This document shows positions 7,243-14,355 of a stretch of 20,516 bases of DNA, piece by piece. Made by a program: the position numbers and the translations under genes. Origin of the DNA: Spirulina sp. (lineage in GTDB: Bacteria; Cyanobacteriota; Cyanobacteriia; Phormidesmidales; Phormidesmidaceae); assembly GCA_044070495.1 (NCBI GenBank), contig JBIPSI010000052.1, forward strand, positions 1 to 20,516, read 5' to 3'. How positions within the stretch are numbered: position 1 is the first letter of the stretch; each line of letters begins with the position of its first letter. Below the pieces are notes generated by a model. It was not told the DNA's origin. It saw only the letters and a list, made by a program, of their open reading frames with translations, and did no database searches.

Positions 7243-7827
7243 ATGATCACCATGGCCAATTCCTGGGTCAAACTCGATACCTACGACCAATCTTGGTACA
7301 ACCCTGGTCGCCCTAAGAGCGTGATTATGCTGTGGTGGCTGCTGCAAGCGGTGGTGTTTCCTCTCACCCTCCATGCCCACCATGCCCCTCGGCGGTGGCT
7401 GCTGCGACGGTTTGGGGCCAAGATCGGCCAGGGGGTGGTGATTCGCCCCACGGCCAGGTTTACCTATCCTTGGCACATCACCCTAGGCGACCATAGCTGG
7501 ATTGGCGACGATGTGGTGCTCTACAGTTTGGCCCCCATAACGATTGGGGATCACTGCGTCGTCTCTCAAAAAAGCTACCTCTGCACCGGCAGCCACGACA
7601 TCCACGATCCCCACTTTGGCCTTCAGGTGGCCCCCATTACCCTAGAGCCAGGGGTTTGGGTGGCGACGGATTGCTTCATTGCCCCTGGGGTCACGGTGGG
7701 GGCCAACAGCGTGGTGGGGGCGCGGAGCAGTGTGTTCAAGTCCTTACCTGCGGGGCAAATCTGCTACGGCAATCCCTGTCGAGCGATGTCCCCTAGGGTG
7801 ATGAATCTTCCTGAGGCTGGTGGGTAG
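7243..7827 (+). CDS. hpsU: WcaF-family hexapeptide-repeat exopolysaccharide acetyltransferase (hormogonium polysaccharide HpsU-like)
   Basis: LLRRFGAKIGQGVVIRPTARFTYPW.ITLGDHSWIGDDV.LYSL, VVSQKSYLCTGSHD, FIAPGVTVG..SVVGARSSV. Lies after two GT2 genes. Start may be ATG 7252. The family call is firm; the hpsU name is contextual. Confidence 0.85.
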   Translation: MITMANSWVKLDTYDQSWYNPGRPKSVIMLWWLLQAVVFPLTLHAHHAPRRWLLRRFGAKIGQGVVIRPTARFTYPWHITLGDHSWIGDDVVLYSLAPITIGDHCVVSQKSYLCTGSHDIHDPHFGLQVAPITLEPGVWVATDCFIAPGVTVGANSVVGARSSVFKSLPAGQICYGNPCRAMSPRVMNLPEAGG

Positions 7828-8016
7828 CGAACGACTTGCTCACCCCCGAGGCACAGACCGTCAGCGTCCGAGGCTGATGCACCCGCACCAGAAGCGCCCC
7901 ATTGGCCGCCCGTTCCGCTTAAACATAGGCGAAGACATCCGCTGAGATTATCCTGCACGGAGGTTATCTAGCCTGTAGCCCAATCCTAGAGAAGAGCCAT
8001 GCTCAGTCTTTCGTGA

Positions 8017-8034
8017 CTCAGTGAAATTACTGAG
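8017..8034. promoter_or_regulatory. Candidate operator palindrome CTCAGT-N6-ACTGAG
   Basis: Perfect 6-bp arms about 130 bp upstream of the pentapeptide gene. Confidence 0.3.
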
Positions 8035-8094
8035 GCAGGCCAGAGTTCATCGAAGTAATACACAGGGCTTCAATCAGTTTGTCAATCCTTTTAG

Positions 8095-8108
8095 GTATGT
8101 TTTGTAAC
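8095..8108. promoter_or_regulatory. Possible NtcA-like site (GTA-N8-AAC)
   Basis: GTATGTTTTGTAAC, one mismatch to GTA-N8-TAC, AT-rich spacer, about 55 bp upstream of ATG 8163. Confidence 0.3.
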
Positions 8109-8162
8109 ATAGATGAGACTGTATTTGCCCCTTGGGCCTTCGCCGTCTCCCTGTAGGTCACT

Positions 8163-8870
8163 ATGCTTACCCTAGAGTTTCTCCGAACCGCCCTAGCCAA
8201 GGGTGAGCGCGATTTTCAGCAGACTTACCTGGCTGGTATGGATCTCAGCCGCTGGAACTTAATGCGAGTAAACCTAGACCAAGCCAACCTCTCGGATGCC
8301 AACCTCAATGGTGTGCTACTGGGCCACAGCAATCTTTCAGGGGCCGTTTTAGATCGGGCAAACCTCCTCAGTGCCTGCCTACGCCAAAGCAACCTGCACC
8401 GAGCCAGCTTGCGACAGGCGACCCTAATGCTGGCGGATCTGGGGGAATCTGACCTCAGCTACGCCGACCTGCGGCAGGCCAACTTGGTCGGGGCGAACCT
8501 CCAGGCCTGCGATCTAACCGATACCGATCTCCGGGGAGCGCTCTATTCCGATGGCACCCAGTGGCCTAAGGGATTTCGGCCTGAAGACACCCTCCACCGC
8601 CTGGCTCCAGGGGCGCATCTGCCGGGGGTCGATCTGAGCGGAGCAAAGCTGGCTGGGGTTAACCTGCGCGGGGCAGACTTGGCCGGGGCAGACCTCACGA
8701 ATGCCGATCTGTGGGGTGCTTGCCTAGCCCATTCCAATCTGCGTGGAGCCAATTTACGCGGAGCCAACCTGCTGGGCACCGATCTGGCTGGGGCCAACCT
8801 AGAACGCACTAACCTACTCCAGGCTATCATTGATTTTCCCGCCGAAACCTACAGCTATCTGGCCTCCTAG
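8163..8870 (+). CDS. Pentapeptide repeat protein
   Basis: GERDF N-terminus followed by A(N/D)LxxA(N/D)L repeats in two blocks, separated by a GALYSDGTQWPKGFRP linker. Confidence 0.95.
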   Translation: MLTLEFLRTALAKGERDFQQTYLAGMDLSRWNLMRVNLDQANLSDANLNGVLLGHSNLSGAVLDRANLLSACLRQSNLHRASLRQATLMLADLGESDLSYADLRQANLVGANLQACDLTDTDLRGALYSDGTQWPKGFRPEDTLHRLAPGAHLPGVDLSGAKLAGVNLRGADLAGADLTNADLWGACLAHSNLRGANLRGANLLGTDLAGANLERTNLLQAIIDFPAETYSYLAS

Positions 8871-8993
8871 CCCTAGGCGAGCCTCTCCCCGACCGACCTG
8901 CCCCTAGCCTGCGAACACAATCTACGGGCAGAATCCCAGGAACTATGCCAAAATTGCGCCGTCGGTGTACTGACTTGGCCTGGAGGTTAGCGG

Positions 8994-11012
8994 TTGAATC
9001 CCCTTTTATCCCTGCAATGGTTGCGGCCCCTAGGGGGTGTCGTCTTCAGTTCGGCCCTAGGAGTCACCGTTACCCTAGGGTTGTTACCTCGGACATCGGC
9101 CACCGCCATGGAACCGGGGCAGCCTGTCTCATCCCCAGCCCTATCGCCAGCGAACTCTCCGGCGGTGACCGACCCCGCCAACGAAGTGGCCCCAGCGGTG
9201 ATTGAGTTTGTGCCCGGTCGTCAGCCCCTCAGTTTGGCCGTGGCCATGGCCATGGAGCAGGAACTCAAGAACCTAATGGGCCGCTTGGAAAGTGCGCTGC
9301 TGCTGGCCCAATCCCGCCAGATATCGACGACCCTTTCCCTTGCCACGGTGGATCCTGGCCTCACGGCGGCCCTTGAGGATGGTGTGGTGGGAGATAGCGA
9401 TGGGATCACCGTCTCACAGTTTTTACATCCGCAACTGGCCGCAGCCCAGCAACTTTTGCAGGACTGGCCCACCCTCATGGCCGAGGGCAGCCACACAGAA
9501 CTCAAGGAACGCTGGGTGGCGGTGCGGGATGGGCTGTGGGAGAGTTTTCCCACGGATCAGCCCTACGCCCAGGCGGAAATTCGGGCCGTGTGGCTGGATC
9601 GGGGCACGATTATTCGGGCGCGTAACCCGGAGGGCCTAGCCCAGGTGTTTGATCAGCTCGCTGAAGCGGGCATTACCACGGTGTTCTTTGAAACCGTAAA
9701 TGCCGGATACCCCATCTATCCCAGCCGTGTGGCCCCCGAACAAAACCCCCTCACCCGCCGCTGGGATCCCCTCGCCAGTGCCGTAGACCTGGCCCATGAG
9801 CGCGGTATGACCCTCCATGCCTGGGTGTGGGTGTTTGCGGCGGGGAATCAACAGCACAACCGCCTCCTCAACCTACCTGCGGACTACCCTGGCCCGTTGC
9901 TGTCCCGCTATCCCAGTTGGGCCGGATACGACAACCGGGGCAACCCGATTCCCCCTGGCCAAGACAAGCCTTTCCTCGACCCCGCCAATCCAGAGGTACG
10001 CAGCTATCTGATCCGCCTCATGTCGGAGATGGTTAACGAGTACGATATCGACGGCGTTCACCTTGACTACATTCGCTACCCTTTCCAGGATCCTGGCGCT
10101 AACCGCACCTATGGCTATGGTGAAGCGGCCCGCTGGCGGTTTCGCAGCATTGCCGGGGTCGATCCCCTCGACCTTTCCCCCCGTCCCGATCCCACCCTTA
10201 GCCCAGGCCAACAGATGCAGCGGCGGGTGCTATGGGATCGCTGGACAGAATTCCGTATCCAGCAGGTCAATTCCTTTGTGGCCACCCTCAGCATCACCCT
10301 GCGGCGGCAGCGCCCAGATCTGGTGATGTCGGCGGCGGTGTTTGCCCACCCAGAACCGGAGCGTCTGCAAAAAATTCAGCAGGATTGGGGCACCTGGGCC
10401 GAGGCCGGACACCTCGACTGGGTGGTGCTGATGAGCTACGCCCAGGACACCAGCCGCTTCGAGCAACTGCTGCGCCCTTGGATGGCCGACCTAGGCGAGG
10501 CTATCGTCATTCCCGGCATTCGGATGTATGACCTTCCCACCCAGGCCATCCTCGATCAAATGCAAACCGCCCGCGACTTGCCCACCCCAGGCTTTGCCCT
10601 GTTTGCCACCGCCGACCTCAATACCGAGATTCACACCCTTCTCGCCCAAACCCAGGCCACCCCATCCCCCACCGCCCCTGCCCAAATGGCCCTAGACCGC
10701 TACCAAACCCTCCAGCGGGAATGGCATTGGCTGCTCAGCCATCAAAAACTCTGGATGGAGCGCCCCCTGCTGGAACAGTGGGTGCAGGATGTCAACCAAC
10801 TAGAAACGGACTTTAACGCCCTCCTCGCCTCCCCCTCACGACGCGGCCTAGATCAGGTGCGGCAAGGGCTCACCCGTGTGCAAGCCCCGCTCAATCGGCA
10901 AGTCCTGATCGACACCACCAATAGCGCCTATCGGCTTCAGGTGTGGCACCATCGCCTAGGGGTGATTGAGCAACTGCTACGCCACGGAGAACCCCAACTT
11001 GTGGGTCGCTAA
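8994..11012 (+). CDS. Glycoside hydrolase-like family 10 protein (GHL10 / DUF187), probably exported
   Basis: EIRAVWLDRGT, GITTVFFETVNAGYPIYPS, DPLASAVDLAHERGMTLHAWVW, FLDPANPEVR, YDIDGVHLDYIRYP, QDW..W, MSY. Hydrophobic N-terminal signal-like segment. Start codon uncertain. Confidence 0.9.
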   Translation: MNPLLSLQWLRPLGGVVFSSALGVTVTLGLLPRTSATAMEPGQPVSSPALSPANSPAVTDPANEVAPAVIEFVPGRQPLSLAVAMAMEQELKNLMGRLESALLLAQSRQISTTLSLATVDPGLTAALEDGVVGDSDGITVSQFLHPQLAAAQQLLQDWPTLMAEGSHTELKERWVAVRDGLWESFPTDQPYAQAEIRAVWLDRGTIIRARNPEGLAQVFDQLAEAGITTVFFETVNAGYPIYPSRVAPEQNPLTRRWDPLASAVDLAHERGMTLHAWVWVFAAGNQQHNRLLNLPADYPGPLLSRYPSWAGYDNRGNPIPPGQDKPFLDPANPEVRSYLIRLMSEMVNEYDIDGVHLDYIRYPFQDPGANRTYGYGEAARWRFRSIAGVDPLDLSPRPDPTLSPGQQMQRRVLWDRWTEFRIQQVNSFVATLSITLRRQRPDLVMSAAVFAHPEPERLQKIQQDWGTWAEAGHLDWVVLMSYAQDTSRFEQLLRPWMADLGEAIVIPGIRMYDLPTQAILDQMQTARDLPTPGFALFATADLNTEIHTLLAQTQATPSPTAPAQMALDRYQTLQREWHWLLSHQKLWMERPLLEQWVQDVNQLETDFNALLASPSRRGLDQVRQGLTRVQAPLNRQVLIDTTNSAYRLQVWHHRLGVIEQLLRHGEPQLVGR

Positions 11013-11108
11013 CTGGAGGTCATGGGCCTGGGGAGGGCTTCCCCACCTGGGACACACACACCTAAACGTCGGAAAATTTAGGGAAACTTGCAATTCTTTG
11101 TTTTTTAT

Positions 11109-11137
11109 TTGACAAAAGCTCCCCAAAGCCACACAAT
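11109..11137 (+). promoter_or_regulatory. Sigma70-type promoter of tRNA-Asp
   Basis: TTGACA (11109-11114), 17-bp spacer, CACAAT (11132-11137), with a T-rich UP-like tract upstream. Confidence 0.7.
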
Positions 11138-11155
11138 AGAAATCGCCCAGTGCAA

Positions 11156-11229
11156 GGGCCTGTAGTTCAACCGGTTAGAGCACCGCCCTGTCACGGCGGA
11201 AGTTGCGGGTTCGAATCCCGTCAGGCCCG
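11156..11229 (+). tRNA. trnD: tRNA-Asp (GTC)
   Basis: Acceptor stem GGGCCTG/CAGGCCC, discriminator G, anticodon arm CCGCC-CTGTCAC-GGCGG, T-loop GGTTCGAATCC. CCA is not encoded. Confidence 0.98.
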
Positions 11230-11250
11230 TTTAAAACTCAAGACTAAGAT

Positions 11251-11280
11251 GTGAGCCTTATGCTTGGGTTCACTCTTTTT
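11251..11280 (+). terminator. Probable intrinsic terminator after tRNA-Asp
   Basis: Stem GTGAGCCT/GGGTTCAC (with G-U pairs) followed by TCTTTTT. Confidence 0.55.
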
Positions 11281-11381
11281 ATATTTTGGTAGTGAGGCTG
11301 TTTTCTGCGGACTCGTTCGCTTGAGTTGCCATCCTTGGGGTACCGTAGGATCGGTTAATTTTTTCCCAGATCATCCATTCC

Positions 11382-12557
11382 ATGGCCGATGCTAATTCCA
11401 GTGGCAACCTCCGCAATCGTCAGCGCATTGGCGTAATTGGCGGCGGGCAATTGGCCTGGATGATGGGGCCAGCGGCGCAGCGGCTAGGGTTAGATTTAGT
11501 GGTGCAGACGCCCAGCCCTGAGGATCCGGCGGTGGCCATCGCAAAATCGGTGGTGCTGGCTCCGGTGGCCGATGTGGCGGGAACGACCCGCCTGGTTGAG
11601 CAGTGTGATCTCATTACCTTTGAAAATGAATTCATCGACTGCGAAGGACTCCAGACCCTAGCCGATCAGGGCGTCATCTTTCGGCCTCGCCTAGAGGTGT
11701 TGGCCTTGGTGTTAGATAAACGTCGCCAGCGGGAGTTTTTTAGCCGCATTGGTTTGCCCAATCCCCGCTACACCTTTTTAGATGGGACGGAATCCGAGGC
11801 GGAACTGCACCAAAAAGCGGATGACCTGGGGTTTCCCCTGGTGATGAAGACTCGCCGCCTCGGCTACGACGGCTATGGAACGACGGTGGTGCAGACATCG
11901 GCGGATCTCGTCGCCGCCTGGGACGGCTTTCGACGGGCCCCGGTGTTGCTGGAGGAGTTTGTGCCCTTTGCAAAGGAATTGGCCATCATGGTGGCCCGTT
12001 CGGCTAGCGGAGATGTGGCCCTCTACCCCACGGTGGAGACGGTGCAGGTAAACCAGATCTGTCGGCGCGTCATCGCTCCAGCCGCCGTCAGTGCCGCCGT
12101 GGCGGATACCATGGCCAGCCTGGGCCGCACTCTGGTAGAACAGCTAGATTTAGTCGGTATTGTGGGGATGGAGTGTTTCCTCACCGCTGATGATCGGGTG
12201 TTGGTAAACGAAATCGCCCCCCGCACCCACAATTCTGGCCACTACAGCCTCGATGCCTGCGAAACCTCCCAGTTTGAGCAGCAGTTGCGGGCCGTGGGCG
12301 ACTTTCCCCTAGGATCGCCCCATCTGACTTGCCCCCAGGCGGTGATGGTGAATCTGCTGGGGTTGGCAGACACGGAAGCTAACCATCAACACCGGATCGC
12401 CACCCTGCGCCAGCGCCCCAACGCCACCCTGTATTGGTATAACAAGGGCCTTCGACCTGGACGCAAACTGGGCCACATCACCCAACGACTGGAGGCAGGC
12501 GCGGATCCCCTAGCCGTCGCTAAGGCTATCGAAACCCTGTGGTATGGCCTCCCCTGA
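11382..12557 (+). CDS. purK: N5-carboxyaminoimidazole ribonucleotide synthase (ATP-grasp)
   Basis: IGVIGGGQLAWMM, ITFENEF, VMKTRRLGYDGYG, LLEEFVPFAKE, NEIAPRTHNSGHYS, SQFEQQLRA, RPGRKLGH. Confidence 0.97.
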   Translation: MADANSSGNLRNRQRIGVIGGGQLAWMMGPAAQRLGLDLVVQTPSPEDPAVAIAKSVVLAPVADVAGTTRLVEQCDLITFENEFIDCEGLQTLADQGVIFRPRLEVLALVLDKRRQREFFSRIGLPNPRYTFLDGTESEAELHQKADDLGFPLVMKTRRLGYDGYGTTVVQTSADLVAAWDGFRRAPVLLEEFVPFAKELAIMVARSASGDVALYPTVETVQVNQICRRVIAPAAVSAAVADTMASLGRTLVEQLDLVGIVGMECFLTADDRVLVNEIAPRTHNSGHYSLDACETSQFEQQLRAVGDFPLGSPHLTCPQAVMVNLLGLADTEANHQHRIATLRQRPNATLYWYNKGLRPGRKLGHITQRLEAGADPLAVAKAIETLWYGLP

Positions 12558-12719
12558 TCCCATAGGTCTGATTAGCCCGATTTGTTACCTTTGGCGAGCA
12601 TTCGCCGGACAGCATCGGTTATCCCATGATACGGAGGGTCTGGGGATAGGTAAAATGGGAAAAAGGTGTTCTCGCAACCTAATATCGAGGTCTAGGGATA
12701 CGTCGGTAGCTTAGGCGAA

Positions 12720-12739
12720 TGTTGCGATCTATTGCAACA
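12720..12739. promoter_or_regulatory. Inverted repeat TGTTGC-N8-GCAACA upstream of a TATGCT -10-like box (12781-12786)
   Basis: TGTTGCGATCTATTGCAACA in the 360-bp region upstream of the cNMP-domain gene. Confidence 0.35.
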
Positions 12740-12919
12740 GGGCGTGGGATGGCCCAATCTGCTCCCCGAACCCCAGGCATTATGCTAAAACGCTGACATG
12801 GCACATTACAGGTTAACGCGATTGATTGCCCGCTGTTCCCCTGCCCCTGGTTTTATCGCCCCCAGACCATGGTCTGAGCTTTACCCTCAGGGTCGTCAAC
12901 ATTTACCTACGGTGGGGCC

Positions 12920-13507
12920 ATGACCATGAAGCGCATTGTATTTATCCTGGGCGTTTTAGACGATGAGGATGTAGATTGGCTCATTGACGTCGGCCAACGT
13001 CGAGAACTCAAACCAGGGGAAGTGCTGATCTACGAAGGTCGGCCCTGTGACTATCTATTTTTAATTCTGGATGGCTGCCTGGAGGTATCGGTACAGGCCC
13101 TCAGTCAACAGCCCGTTGCCCAACTGGCCAGCGGCGAAGTTGTGGGCGAGATGTCCTTTGTCGATGGGCTGCCCCCTTCGGCAACGGTCATGGCCGTTGA
13201 TGCCGCCGTTGTGTTGGGCATTAATTTGGATCAACTGCGCCAAAAACTGCAACAAGATACCTGGTTTGCAGCCCGATTTTACAAGGCACTGGCGATCCTC
13301 TTGTCCAGTCGGTTGCGCAGTACCGTAAAACACCTACAGGGGGAGCATTGGCGGCCTGTGTACCTAGGGGATGAAGTCGGTATTGAAGAAATGGGGGATC
13401 TCCTCTCGATGGGCAACATCCGCTTCAATTGGTTGCTGAAACGACTACGGGATACTCGTTCTAACCCCTGGGATGCCATTGAAGACCCAGAACCCGATCT
13501 TCCCTAA
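12920..13507 (+). CDS. Stand-alone cyclic nucleotide-binding domain protein (no HTH)
   Basis: GEVLIYEG...LFLILDG.LEV...GEVVGEMSFVD..P.SATV..., FYKALAILLSSRLR C-helix. Start may be ATG 12926. Confidence 0.9.
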   Translation: MTMKRIVFILGVLDDEDVDWLIDVGQRRELKPGEVLIYEGRPCDYLFLILDGCLEVSVQALSQQPVAQLASGEVVGEMSFVDGLPPSATVMAVDAAVVLGINLDQLRQKLQQDTWFAARFYKALAILLSSRLRSTVKHLQGEHWRPVYLGDEVGIEEMGDLLSMGNIRFNWLLKRLRDTRSNPWDAIEDPEPDLP

Positions 13508-13735
13508 GGCAAGTCCCTCACAAAGCCCTAACCAGCCCAGGTGGAACCTAGGACGAGCCCCCCTCTTTCATTCCCCTGCCGACATGCCCCACGCCTAGGT
13601 TTGACGCTCTATTTCATTCATCTTCTACTTCGTTCATCTTCGATCAAAATCTGGAGGTACACTAGAAAGCAATCGTTCCTTCCCATCTGTGGCTCCTTTC
13701 AGTACTGAGGTCAACGCATTTCTCTGTGTTCGAGT

Positions 13736-14176
13736 ATGGCATTACACAACAAGCTGAGTAACATCCTGATCGTTGAAGACAGCAAAGGCCGCCGAGAAAT
13801 TACCCTAGATGGGTCGGTCTATTCGATTGGCCGCGACCCCAAGTGTGACATTCGGCTGTCATCTCAGTTTGTCTCGAGGCATCACGCCACCTTGGTACAG
13901 CTCCCCAAGGATGATGACACCTTTTATTACCGCATCGTAGACGGCAACCTCAAGGGTAAGCCCAGCGCCAATGGCATGTTGATTAACGGGCGCAAGCTCC
14001 TAGCCCACGACCTAATTAATGAAGACGAGATCGTCTTTGGCCCCCAAGCTCGAGCCATTTACTACCAGCTCAAACGCGATACCCAGTCTACCCTTCCCCC
14101 CGATGAATTTGACATCACCCTCATCAGCCCAAACATGGTAGAAGAGGGAGAGGATGGGGCATCCACCAATGATTAA
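13736..14176 (+). CDS. Stand-alone FHA domain protein
   Basis: YSIGRD, VSRHHA, SANGMLING: the conserved GR, SxxH and NG phosphothreonine-binding residues are present. Confidence 0.93.
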   Translation: MALHNKLSNILIVEDSKGRREITLDGSVYSIGRDPKCDIRLSSQFVSRHHATLVQLPKDDDTFYYRIVDGNLKGKPSANGMLINGRKLLAHDLINEDEIVFGPQARAIYYQLKRDTQSTLPPDEFDITLISPNMVEEGEDGASTND

Positions 14177-14185
14177 TCCTTCTGT

Positions 14186-14221
14186 CTAAATCACCCTGGC
14201 GAGCTAAATCACCCTGGCGAG
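14186..14221 (+). repeat. Perfect 18-bp tandem duplication CTAAATCACCCTGGCGAG x2
   Basis: 14186-14203 and 14204-14221 are identical, between convergent genes. Confidence 0.9.
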
Positions 14222-14355
14222 GTCATCTCTGAATCTAGGCCCTAGGGCGTAGATTCATCGCATCTCACCCAGAGGTGAGTACATCGGTGTCACCCCAGCG
14301 AACGCTTCGCAAGGACACTCGTCACCATCGACCCGGAGACGGGATAGTCCTCCTC

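Noticed and set aside
11156..11381. tRNA-Asp as an integration site for a genomic island
   Set aside because: No duplicated tRNA 3' end or integrase was seen; core purK follows directly.
14186..14221. CRISPR-like array (also considered for 20327-20378)
   Set aside because: The units are directly adjacent with no unique spacers, are too short, and no cas genes are present.
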